From Carcharhinus amblyrhynchos (lineage: Eukaryota), in contig OZ336878.1 of NCBI GenBank assembly GCA_965287045.1, positions 42,532,001 to 42,596,000 of the forward strand: a stretch of DNA of 64,000 nucleotides, written 5' to 3'. Shown here piece by piece: positions 37,549 to 49,790 of this stretch. Each line of letters starts with the position of its first letter. Within the stretch, counting starts at the first letter, position 1. The translations under genes and the position numbers were made by a program. The notes beneath the pieces were generated by a model. That model searched no databases and was not told the DNA's origin. It saw nothing but the letters and a program-made list of their open reading frames with translations.

Positions 37549-38799
37549 CGAGTCTTTCATAGGTGGAAGGAAAAGAAAAATCTATCCCAAATTTTTTGTT
37601 GATAGTTTTCCTAGCCATTTAGGATCACATGGCAAACTCAGTGGGAAATCTACCCTGGTTAATAAGATAGTTTAAATCACAATCCACCAGCAAATCTACT
37701 TCCATCATAAATATCTCTGCAGCATTGCAGGCTTCCTTTGCATCTGCTTGTGGAAAAACTCAGAGTAACCTGGGTGCCTTTTACAATATCGAATCTGAAC
37801 TTGTAGTGTTCAATAATTCAAGAGTTTTCAGATGAGCTGAGCAAATGAATACTCAAGCATAAATGTTAGTGTATTGATTTGATGTCTAGACAAGTATGTA
37901 TCTTCTAACTCACTGCAGACATTATTCACTTCCACGTCGTCTGGGATATCTGAAAGCATGTTTGTGTCGAATAATGTATCAAGTATAATGTGTTTAATAT
38001 ATCTACCATGAATCGAACCTCAAGTGGTCGGTCACCATCTTGTCATTAAAGTAGGTGTTCTGTTAGGTGTCATGGTGATATGTAATAGAAAGTTAATTTT
38101 AAAATTAAACTATACACAAAATATATGTATTTTTACATCCACCTACCTACATATATTTAAAATTGAATAAATTGTTTCAGCAGTACAGAATGCAGGCAGA
38201 CAATGAAGAATTAATCTCTTCCCCAACAAAGTAGAAACAAAGTCGAAACAGTCTCTCATTCATTGACCTTTATGCTTCATAGAGATGGAATATCCTCTGC
38301 TGAGATTTTGCCTAATAGCAGAATCAGCAACAAAGCCATGCACTGACTGACAGTGTAATGCCAGGGAGTCACCATTTCCATTTAAACCAATTTTCTTGGA
38401 TGTTTAAATACATGATTTTGGTCATTACTTTACTTTGTAGAAAGATAAATTATGTAGAAGGAATAATGTACTAATTATCCTAATGTAGATTTGGAAAGAT
38501 AACACACAGACGTCACCAAGTCTGTAACAATTCTGCCAGGACTTTCCCATTTCAATATTAAATAGATCCACAGAGTTACTCAGTTACAGTGCAAGACCAG
38601 TTGGCACCAGCCGACTGATCTATTTTTACCCAGGTTAGACTGAACTGTAATCTTGTAACAGAGGTTTTCCTTTCTCTGGGCTGGCTGAAGAGGACAGAAC
38701 TGCTGGTTGTACTGACAAGTGTGATTAAAACATTACAGCATAATACTGGAACTTATTATGACTTGCCCAAAAGGTGTGATCATCAAAGGAAGTAAACTA

Positions 38800-39680
38800 T
38801 AAGATAACAAGTAGGAGCGGAAGTAAACCTTCGAGGCTGCTCTGCCATTCAATCATGGTTGAGCTTTTGCCTGAATGTAAGTTCCTGCTGCTTCCCATAT
38901 CCCTTGATTCTCTTACAGGCCAAAAATCTGTCAATTAAACATACTCAACAATGGGGCACGTACAACCCTGTATGTAGGCAACTCTGAAGATATACAAGTT
39001 TTTGAGTGAAAAAGTTTCTCCTCATCTCAATCCTAAATGATCAACTCTCAATCGCAAAACTGCACCCTCATGTTCAGAACTCCTAATCTCTCAGCGTCCA
39101 CCTTGTCAAGCCTTTCCAAAATTTTCCAAAATATGTTCCAATAGGTCACCTGCCATTCTTATGTGCTCCAAAGGTTTAGGCCCAATTAACTCAGCCTCTC
39201 ATCATAGGATAACTCTGTAAGCCCAGGAACCGATCTAAATGAATCACTTTACTGTCTCCAATGCAAGTATATCCCTGCTTAAATATGGCCAAAACCGCAC
39301 ACAGTACTCCAGGTGTAATCTCAACAAAGCCCTGCAGAACTACTGCAAGGCTTCATTAGCCTGTAAGGCCAACATGCCATTTGCCTTACAAATTGCTTGC
39401 TGTATCTGCATGCTACTTTTCTGTGTTCCTTGCACAAGTACACCCAATCTACTTTGGCAGCAACACAAATCTCACACCTTTTAAAAAATATTCTGCTTTT
39501 CTGTTCTCACTACCTAAGTGAATAACCTCATACTTTCTCATATTATCCTCCATCAGTTACCTTGCTTTACATTCAATTAACCTGTCTCTATCTCTTTGTA
39601 ACCTCTTTGTATCTTCCTCACAGCTTACTGTTCTCACCTAGCTTTGTATCATCAGCAGATATAGATACATTACTCTCAGT
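38800..39680 (-). mobile_element. CR1 LINE 3' about 0.9 kb
   Basis: Reverse complement contains the FADD region (gtatcatcagcaga), LEYCV.FW.P (cacagtactccaggtg) and the 3'UTR. Confidence 0.82.
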
Positions 39681-40157
39681 CTTTGATGACAGGACAGGCA
39701 TGGGATATTATTTCAGTACTGCTGAAAAAAAGAGACATGCTGTTGGATGTGTTTCATCATATCCTGTGTGTGATTTGAATTTCAGTGTCTATGTGATGCC
39801 AGGTATGTTGACCACTGTCCCACTGATTGGCAGATATCAAACAGCACTTCCTTTCAGCTGTTGTCAACAGGCATGAAGCATTGACCATACTCAACCAGCC
39901 TGTGCTTGTCAAACTCAGAAAATTGCATCTAACATTAGAAAGATGTGATTCTGTGAGTGGACAGTATTTGCTGAATAACCTTGACTGTGCTTAAAAATAA
40001 CATTAGCAATGAATTTAAAATTCTCATTTGGGCCCACAATGTGACTCACTTAGACTTGCTAGAAGTTAAATATATTCATATGCAGGGACCTGTCCACTGC
40101 AGGTAGAAGGCGTATGTCCAAATATTGCAACTTTTCTGAATTAGACATAAGCATTTA

Positions 40158-40510
40158 GGGGCGGCATGGTCAAGCACTGCTGCCTCGGAACGCCAGGGAC
40201 CCGGGTTCAATTCTGAAGTTGGATGACTGTCTGAGTGGACTTTGCATACTCTCCCCATCTCTGCATGGGTTTCCTCAGGATGCTCTGGTTTCCTCCCACA
40301 CTCAAAGATGTGCACGTTAGGTGGATTGGCCAGGCTAAATTGTTCATTAGTATACCAAAGTATGTAGGTCAGGTGGGTTAGCCATGGGAAATGTGTTGGG
40401 TTGCGAAGGTAGGGTGGGGGAGAGGACCTGGATAAGATATTCTGTCAGAGGGTTGGTGCAGACTCAATGGGCCGAAAGGTCTGCTTCTGCACTGTAGGGA
40501 GTCTACGATT
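40158..40510 (+). mobile_element. HE1/V-SINE-like SINE, tail A
   Basis: ggggcggcatggt...gggacccgggttcaattc...ctgcactgtagggagtctacga. Confidence 0.87.
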
Positions 40511-42569
40511 AGCATTTTCCATACAGTAAATATATCAGGTAAGCTTTAATGCACATGAGACTGCCCACACACCCAAAATAGCAAACTGTCTTTTGACATG
40601 CAGAACGTTTGTTGCTAAAATCAAGCATTATGTTTTGAAACCTGAGAACTGATGCAAATATGTAAAGATCTGTAAGGCCAGATATAATGCATGCTTTACT
40701 TTCTCCCTCTCACATCTGAGAGAGTTTTGCTACACCCCCCAGTTACTTAAAAGTGTTTACCAGCTGCCACCTCTACCCTTCCCCACTAAGTGAGTTTTTC
40801 ATCTTCTGTAGCTGCCCTCATGACTGAAAGCTTGCTATAATTCCTACTTGATATGAGAACTGTATTTGGCCTCAACTTCATGCAAATATTTTGGTCTCCT
40901 TGCTCCCTCCCACACTTTGCAAGTTATTGGCCTCTATCCTAAACCCATCATGATTCCCACCACATTCCACAACCCCCCCCCCTCCAATGCTCACCCCAAA
41001 TATCCACTGCAACAAGAAAGAAATAAGCTCCATTAGCAAATGATGCTAGGTAGCAATTGTAAAACTGCAATGAGCAATTAGTTATGAAATGCATGCATTT
41101 AACTACCCACGCTGCCACCACCACCACCAATAGCTTAAATTACCATTCATTCACGCTGGTTGCATTTCCTGTTCCAACTCACCAGCTGGCTGCTAACCAA
41201 CTTTCCCTCCTCCACCCCACCCACCTGATCAAATCTCCCCTGGTTTTGTTCCGCCCACAGGGGCTACCCCACTTCACATCACTTCCTCTTTTAGAATAGT
41301 CCCTCATGACTTCATTTCGCATCTAAGGCTATCTGCTCCACTGACTGGCTCTCCCATTCTTTAATCACTGCGGCCCAACTGATTTCAGCCCAGTTGCCAT
41401 TGCTCCACACTGCTGTTGTCATCTGCAAGAGTTTAAAGGGTGTTTTAATTTTCCAGGTTATGTAATGCAGAACAGATAAACGATATCCTTTTAGTCTGCT
41501 GGAAACCTTGCTTGATTTGACCATCTGTTCATCTGATGTACTAGCTGACTGTGTAGACCTGGCCTTGATAAAAATATTTACTTGGTATAATTAAAAAAAT
41601 TGTCTTAAGCACATCTGGCTTGCTTGTATGTCTGGTAGATGGACAGAGGTGTGCTTAAAAGGTAACTGACAAGCAGAATGCTTTCGTGGACGGCCAAGTA
41701 CCCAGGTGTGTACGAGGAAATTGGAAGTGCTTTGCCCCTCCGTGCCACATGTAACATTTTGGAGCATTGAAGGTGCACAATGATAGTGCTCAATGACATG
41801 CTAGCCCTGCAGCTGGCTGTTTTCGGTTCTCTGATTAAACATCTTCTGTTTTATTTTTCTGTCTTCGGTCCAGGTTTGTGAGCAGACTCCCTAAGTCTCA
41901 AAAAATGAACTCCTTGTTCTCGGTAACATTGCTACGAGGATGCACCTGTCCTGGGAGAGGGGATAGACAGAAATGAAGAGTCACTTCCTATCTATTATTC
42001 CGCGCCTCCTAGTACACAGCCATACAGCAGCAATGCGGGAAGGCTGCTTATTTAGTCACAGGAGGTTGTGCGCCTGCCAAAACCTGCAGTGAGAAACAGT
42101 GGGAGAAGCACTGCATTTTCATAATCCTAACAAAAACAACTCCTTATTATAAAAATCTATTTCTAGATATATCTATATATAAATGAAACTTTCATTCAAT
42201 GACCAAAATGCTGGTTAGGAATTTTAGAAGTTACAAGATAATTTGCAACCTTTGTTTTTATGTGCAAGATCTTTACTGACACTAGGTGAATTTGCCATGT
42301 TTCCATCTCTTGCAAACATTAAACATTTTCACAGACACACAACATAAATTTCAACATTTTTAAAAGCCTAAAACTGAGAAAGAAGTAAGCTTACATTTTT
42401 TGATGTTTCATTGCTTACACTATCTAATGCAATTTGCAACCTCACTGACCAAGTTTAAAGTAAACACACACAAGTTTCCAATGATAGCTTGAGATGAAAA
42501 GTGCCATGAAGCGAGAAGGTTATATCTATGTATCTGTCAATCTACATATAAAATAAAAAGTGGCCTTAC

Positions 42570-42757
42570 ATTTAGGAACCCCACCTGTCCTGACTGCTGG
42601 CTGGTGTCAGGGCAGACCAGTTGAACAAACTCCTTCAGAGTTTCCTGACTAGGATGTGGATGATAGCGGATGGCCGTATGCGAGAAGTAAGGACCTGGCT
42701 GCTGGATGATGGGAGAAGTTGGAAAATGTAGAGTTGAGGCTGTTGCATGGGGACTCG
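42570..42757 (-). CDS. NFIA: NFIA internal coding exon (equivalent to mammalian exon 8), 188 nt
   Basis: Minus strand reads ttttcttacag|CG AGT CCC CAT ... GTG GGG TTC CTA AAT|gtaagg, encoding (A)[62 protein letters not shown]. This matches the NFIA C-terminal region. Phase 1 in, phase 0 out. Confidence 0.96.
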
Positions 42758-43861
42758 CTGTAAGAAAAAGAGAAAAGATACTGTAAACTTAGGTTGCAAA
42801 ATGATTCATAATGTTACAAAGTGACAGAACATCGTATGAGATATGAGAAATTATTACATTGCCTGTTACTTCACTCTGCATTCACAGAAACAGTTTATCT
42901 TGTAGAATTTTTCATTGGGGAGTGTAGCTCCTTAAAATATATAGATGTTACTTTATAATATATAGGACATTTAAATTTAAATCACCATTGTCAACACTGC
43001 ATAAAATCTTTTATTTTGCACAAGACAGTTCATAGGAACATAGATATTTTGTTCATATTTACTTCCAATTTTACTTTATTTCTTTAAAAAAATCCTTGTT
43101 ATGAAAAGAAAATTATTCTAGCCTTTTGGCAATATTATATGCCAGATCAGTTATCACATTGTCTGTTCATCTCAGTGTTGTGCAGGTGAAGGTGAAAAAT
43201 GCTCCACAAATAAACAGTTAAATCTGATTGAGGAGCTTGGAGAATATGTAGAAGCTGTAAGTGCCACTTCAGAAGTGACATGACCTTCAATTACTGATAT
43301 TGAACATTATTTCACCTGACAGATAGAAGAACTATCAATTCAATCACATCTCATTTCAACAGTGACATTTGATTGGCTAAAGAATATTCGCCTTAATCAA
43401 CTGGGGACAGTTAAGCTTATCTTGCCAGATCCAAGCACTGTAGCATTACAATGCTACGTGTTGTAATGTGGGATACAGCCATCCTTATGCTGCTACAATG
43501 GTCACAGCTTATATGAACAAACCAGAACATCTAAATTGACTTTTAAGAGCAACTTTTCCACATAGGAAATGGAAATTGAAATATACTTGCAACTTGATTA
43601 AAGAGAACACAAGACCCCATTTTCTTCTGGAAATTAATGATAAGAAAGAGGTGAAGAGGACAAGGAAGCATGATTAGTTTTAAAGGAAACATGGGGCAGA
43701 ATTTTGGAACACAGGCGAACACCGCAATGTCAGGTGCATTTTTGGATCCCTACATTTGACATGTGATGCAACTTTAAACCAGAAAGCAATTATTGGCCAG
43801 GGAGCATGTTAGCCATCCAAATCGGTGATGCAGAGGCAGAGAGGAGGTAGGTAGGATTTAA

Positions 43862-44181
43862 AGAATCATAGAACCCTTTCAGTGCAGAAGGAGGCCATTC
43901 AGTCCTGAGTCTGCACCAACAACAATCCGATCCTGGTCCTATCCCCGAAACCCCAGTTACTTACCCTGCTAATCACCCTGACACCAAGGGGCAATTTAGC
44001 ATGGCCAATTAATCTAACCCCCACATCTTTGGAATGTGAGAGGAAACCGGAGCACCCAGAAGAAACTTATGCAGACACGAGGAGAAAGTGCAAACACCAC
44101 ACAGTCAGTTACCTAAGGCCAGAATTGAATCTGGGTCCCTGGTGCTGACAGGCAGGTGCTAACCACTGTACTACCGTGCCT
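43862..44181 (-). mobile_element. HE1/V-SINE-like SINE, tail A
   Basis: agaatcatagaaccctttcagtgcagaaggaggccatt...ctaaccactgtactaccgtgcc. Confidence 0.86.
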
Positions 44182-45245
44182 CCAGTAACATTATTGAGGT
44201 GGCCAGTTCATGATTTCATCCTACCATCATTGTCAATGTGCCCAGAAGAAAGGCACATAAATGTCAGTGCAGCACTCTGATTTAACGATTCCTCTTGAGT
44301 TAGTGACAGTGAAACATTTCGGGTGAATGGCAGAAGATTTGCTGGAAATAGCAGAGGAAGTTAGTGAATTGTTGGGAAGAATGTAGGTTTAGTGCCACAA
44401 ATACTATAGAGAAGTTCTGAAGGCTGGTAAAGTTGGTGCATCCAGATGTCGGTTCTCCATATCTATTGTTAGAAGTTGAGCAGTCTGAGGATGCATGGTT
44501 TTCATAAACAGTCAATATACATGTGGCAAGAGCATCAGTGAGCTGTGGGTGAAGATCACTTCTCTACCCAAAGTGCAGGAGGAATACTTGGTTAGTGACA
44601 TCACATGCCTTGGTGCAGTCGAATGCAGTGAGGGACTGCACATTGGTTCTAACATTAATCCTCTTGACCTTGCAGAAGACGAGTACATAATGATAGAGAG
44701 GTGGCTCAGTCATGCTGACCATACAAACATCAATGGAGGAGGTGGCCTTTGATCTGCCAGAGTTGCAGCACCTGATGGAGTTGTGATTGGCAAGAGTGTG
44801 GCCCGTCTAATGTAGAGTGAAAAGTTCTGAACACCTTCATCCTTTCCGTCTGGTTTTCTTCATGACCAAGCAATGATTCTAATGACCTGTTTATCTCTAC
44901 AGAAGCACATAATGATGGAGGTAATTTAGCATAACCGACTTCTTCTATCTCCCATGAGCCCGATGTGAAGGAGCAAACAATGTAGCCAAGAGCAACAGCA
45001 TCATCATCATCTGATCAGGATCAAAGCCCTCCACCCACGCGCTCACCTCATTGTGATCTCAAGCAATTGGAGAAAGGGTGGCACAGGGTGAGCACCATAT
45101 CACAGCAGAGGTAAGGACAGCATGGACAGCTATGGGAGGTTCCTCTCAGAGGATGGAGGATAGCCATGCTCAGCTAGTCAGAGATGCAGGGCATCGGTTG
45201 TCACACAAAAGGCATTTTTTTTCCTAAAGCAAAATGGGAGATGTG

Positions 45246-45834
45246 GGGCCCTATTTCACCATTTTGATTCAAAGTGCTGGGCAGACGTGAAACTGGGAGT
45301 GTTCCAGATCTGACGTAAAGACCCATTCTGAGGCATTCCCATACACACCCTGCCTGACAAAATATCAGCAGTTCCGAATCGTGCTGTAGAAGCCTGTGGG
45401 TGGGGCTTAACACGTCCAAAATCCTGCGGCTCCCATTGGCTCCTCCATCTGCGCATACACAGGAAAAAAAAGATAGAATGCTGTTCCCTTACCACATTCC
45501 TCCTGTGCCGGATAATACCTCCCCTGGCCCCTCAAACATTGCCCTACTCCCACAACATTTTGCACCAATTCTGGATGGGTGAAGACAGTGGTAAAGGGGG
45601 AAGTGCCGTTAAGGTTGGGCGTGCAGCCCATTAAGTCAATTTAAATGCATGCAAATACATTTAAATGGTTGTCGCGCCCGTTTCAGGCATGGTCCTGTTC
45701 GCGGCCATTTTCAGGTCTTGGTAAAGGGGGCCCCAGTTTGGGGGCAGGCGTGAATCGTGCTACTCGCCTCATACCCAACTTTACCAAGTTTTCGCACTCG
45801 AAAACGTATGCAACACAATGGTAAAATCGGGTTC
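45246..45834. mobile_element. 589-bp non-autonomous TIR element with GTG target-site duplication
   Basis: Left end gggccctatttcaccatt versus reverse complement of right end gaacccgattttaccatt (14/18 match); GTG at 45243-45245 and 45835-45837; CpG-rich. Confidence 0.82.
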
Positions 45835-47014
45835 GTGGTACCCAAATGGCGGAGCTCCACGAGACTATCATGGAACCACTGGCAAAAAACAAATGAGTCT
45901 GACCACTACGTGCACCACCATGTTGGATGAGTTCATCCACAGAGAATGGCCAATCTCTTAGAGGGCCACATGTAGAATCACACTGAGTGGATGCATGAGA
46001 AACACGCTCGCCAATGAATGACGCTTACTTATCACTGACTGTTCAACATTGTATGGATTGGAAGCAATGTGAACTACAGCTGGCCATCCACTCTGACGAA
46101 GAGTTGAGGAGGCTACCTCTCAAAAGGTTCCCTCGCACCCCCCTCTTGACCCTGAGTAGGACACAGCAGCGCAAGGGTGCCAATCACTGAGGTGAGTCTG
46201 TTAGCATTAGTGTATTAATGGAAATGTCTTGAAGACCATGGCAAACATTAGCTAATGAGCATGAAAAGATAACACTCTTAAGGGCTGCAGTGCTTGAGGG
46301 GGAGGGAGTTGCCCTGCAGAGGCATGGCAGATGTTTCTACCGGCTGCTGAAGCCAAGGGATGCCTGGTGAGATTATGCTGAGCCTCTTGGATTTGGGAGA
46401 AAAAGCGATGGGGAGCAGTTACTCACACAAATGCAGGCCAATGTTGTTGAGGCAGGGAGAGCCATTAAAATAGGAGCTTGGAAGCAACAAAGACTACCCC
46501 TCACATAGGGTGCACCCACAATGACACATGCACCTGTTAAGGCAGATAGTAGCCGAGTTGCATGCCCTAATGAAGGGTTACCCCATGATCACCAGCTGTG
46601 TCAGCATGCCCTGCCAGTAGCTGCAAAGTGATTGTGGCACTGACCTGTCTCTGCATCCTTCTAAGGTGTGCAGCTGACCTCACTGGCATCTGGCAATCTA
46701 TTGTGGCTCAGCAGATGGAAGGTGATGGATGTACTATTTGAGAGGGCAACAGATTGAACTCACCACCAATAGAGCCATACTAGTGCAAAGAGTGGTGGGA
46801 TTTGTGTCAACACTGGAGTCCTCCAGATGTTAAGATTATCAACTGCACCCATGTGGCCATTAAGGCTCAGAGAAAATATTCAGGGGCACACATAAACAGG
46901 AAGGGATTCCACGGTCTCAACATTCTTTCAGGTCTGCACATTCCTTCTTTCTTGGGGATTTAATAAATATTACAGCAGTTCATGCTACCAAAGGACCCAC
47001 ATGGATGGCTTTTA

Positions 47015-47190
47015 TTTACTTGCAGGATGTGGGTGTGTCTGGCTAGGCCAGCATTTATTGCCCACCCCAGTAAGAAAGTGGAGAACTGCTTTCTAGATCC
47101 ACTGCAGCTCATTTGGTATGGGTATACCCACAATGTTGTTAGGGAGAGAGTTCCAAGACTTTGACCCCGTGACAGTGAATAGACAGTGAC
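47015..47190 (-). mobile_element. CR1-like family B 3' end inserted in the transposase
   Basis: ggccagcatttattgccc...gagttccaagactttgaccc splits the GWLL-GDKGYPL motif. Confidence 0.75.
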
Positions 47191-49549
47191 AGGGATAAAT
47201 GCTAACCATTGAAGAGGTGGTGAATAATTTTACAAAACCTTTTGAGGGAGGCACAGAGGCACTCCCACCACTGCCATCTTAGCCCAAGGACCACCATTCA
47301 GCAGGCCATTAAACTGCTCAGGACTCAGTTTGGGGGTCTTGACCGATCAAGGAATGCCCTGCGGTACACTCTGTTGAGCGTGTCTTGGACAATATTAACT
47401 GCTGAATTCCTCACAACACAGTCCTCCAAAAAAATGTCAATCTCAATGATAGAGGGATGGTGACATGGCATACTTCCTCAGAAAGGAAGGGTGATCCAAC
47501 CCAACAGGGACATGCAGAGGTCTTAAGATCTCAAAGCATCGATCAGGATGGAGGCAATGTTCGGGCTGCCTGTTCAGCCATGTTTATCCTGAGGTCTCCT
47601 CATCCTGGAACACTTTCAGGACATGAGTTGGCCTTTCAGTGGAGGAAGATGTGAATCCACCATGCAAACAAATCTTAGAGGCTCCACAAGTCCCCAAATT
47701 GCATGCAAGACAAATCCACAAGTGCCACACTAATGCACACAGCAGGTCATCTAGGCTTGAAATGTTGGCTCTATTCTCTTTCCAGAGATGCTGTCAGGCC
47801 TGCTGAGATTTTCCAGCATTTTCTGTTTTGATATTTTAATGATACTGACTATGGACTCAAAAAATCTAAGAAAATGGGTTGATACCAGAAAATATCATCC
47901 TGGTTCTAACACATTGGTCTATGTTTTCTTCACTTTTTTCCTCTATTCACAGAGGCAGGAACCAGCAAACTGAGGTTTACACCAACAGCAGTAGCAAACA
48001 TTAAACCCAATTGAGGGGGAAATACTCTTGCAGTTTAAGTCATACATAGGGACCGAGTGTTGGCAGGTGGGATTAGGTGGGAGTTCAGGTTTTTCTAATG
48101 TTTCGGTGCAGATTCAATGGGCCTTTTCGGTGCTGATGATTCTATATTGTACAATGATGATGGCCTTTTGGGTTGGATTTTATATTTCCAAGTCGAGTGT
48201 GCTACATGCTCAATGCTGACGAAATGTTCAGTTTGATAACACCAGTAACCCAACTCCATCAGACTAGTCTAATAATATGGAAGGCACATGGGTTCTGAAA
48301 TTGGCAGCCCACATGCCATTTTGAAGTCATTAATTAGCAAGCTATTAAGCTTGGTAACAACCCACTATCCTCAATTTTGCATTGCCTGCTGCATTTTTCA
48401 TATCACTAAATGGTTTGGGAGTCTTTTAATGTCAGCTATAACGAGATGGCAGAAGGCCGATGGAAAAGACCTGCCCCTGAAACTACGCTTGAACGTACTG
48501 ACAGATTCTGCTAGAGGAAGGAGCAGCATCCGTATGATTTTTAATGACATTTTAAAAAACCTTTTTTGTGCATTTAATGAATAATAAAGATTGATTTTAA
48601 GAGCAGAGGGCGCTTACAATTCTAGCATTTATCACTGCATAACCCCTCTTCCACATAACTTCCCAGCCTACAGCACTGTCCCTCAGAACCTCCAAGTTAC
48701 AGCAAACTGTGATTCATATTCCTCCATGAATGGAGCTACAACAAAAATTCAACACTATCGTATTTTATGTCAACTCAAACCCGAAAGAGCTGACTATTTC
48801 ATGGCATTGAAAAACAGACACAAGAAACTGCCCCTCATAATAACTGAGTGGAAGGGAGTAAGGGAAAGGGTTTGTCTTCCCATATCTCCTTCCTGCTGGA
48901 TGGCCACGAACTGGCCATCTGGCCATTTCTCAGGTGCAGAGAGATGGCAGGGGCAAGAGCAAGCAGACCTCTCAAGCTTGCACTGTCTCCCCATCACCCT
49001 GCCAAGAAATGTAAAACCCAGCTCTTTGTCACAACCTTTTTATTGACTATAGGCGCTTGCATTAGCTGACCTGCTTTCACATTGCAGCCCTATAGTGAAA
49101 TTAGAATAACCAGCAGCAAATATGAAAACAAAACTGTGTAACCTCAAGGAAATAATGGCTTCACATTGCATTCCCAAATTTAATTTAAATGTACTGCTAC
49201 AAGTTACTTATATTGCAGCAATATTTCCCATCGTGTGTCTTGACCAAGTGACACATAAATCATTTTAAACCACTATTCAATATGAAAAATAAATTATATC
49301 AATTATATCAATGCTGCAACTATTTGTTTATAATTACTGTGTGGTACATTACAAAGCCAGATAGTTCATATATTTTTGTTGATTCATATGCCAGCATTCA
49401 CACTGTTTCGGAAAACAAGCAGTTCTTTTATTTTTTAAAAGTACAAAGTACACTCACCCAAGACCAAAATATTTAATTGAATTAAATGTATTCTGTTGAA
49501 AATACCTTAGGGCATTTTTGCGATGAGCAGTTGAGTCATAAAAGTAAGG

Positions 49550-49790
49550 AAGGTCTCACGGTTGATTTGGAGTCTGCGCTGAGCTAACTGATCTCAGCTG
49601 GGATGATGATCTTTGGAATGATATAACTGGCCTCAGCACCACTGGGTTGGGGAGTGTAAGGTTTCCCAGTGTCCCTGTCCACAATCTTTACCCAGTGAAT
49701 CTGAAGTGAGGGCAGTTTTAGTCCACTCTGGGTAGCCTGTCAATACTCACAGGCAATACTCATGAACAATGAGCACTTGGTTATGAACTA
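49550..49790 (+). repeat. Old unclassified interspersed repeat (second copy at about 52135-52315)
   Basis: Shared tgatctca...aa(c/t)t(g/a)gcctca...atcca / acccagtga motifs between the two loci. Confidence 0.35.

Larger units (their letters stand above)
43693..47700 (+). mobile_element. Fossil two-ORF PIF/Harbinger transposon (Myb/SANT-like ORF plus DDE transposase) with nested insertions
   Basis: Putative left TIR ggggcagaatttt. Myb-like remnants AL*FNDSS (about 44270), LEIAEEVS (about 44345) and GGG (about 44735). Transposase remnants ALPVAAK (about 46610), IINCTHVAIKA...INRKGFHGLNI (46835-46924), GWLL/DK.*PL.RW and RTTIQQAIKLLRTQFGGLDRS..ALRY. Confidence 0.75.

Noticed and set aside
41684-41700. 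Full palindromic NFI binding site (autoregulation)
   Set aside because: TGGACGGCCAA has the wrong spacing for TTGGC-N5-GCCAA; only half-sites are seen.
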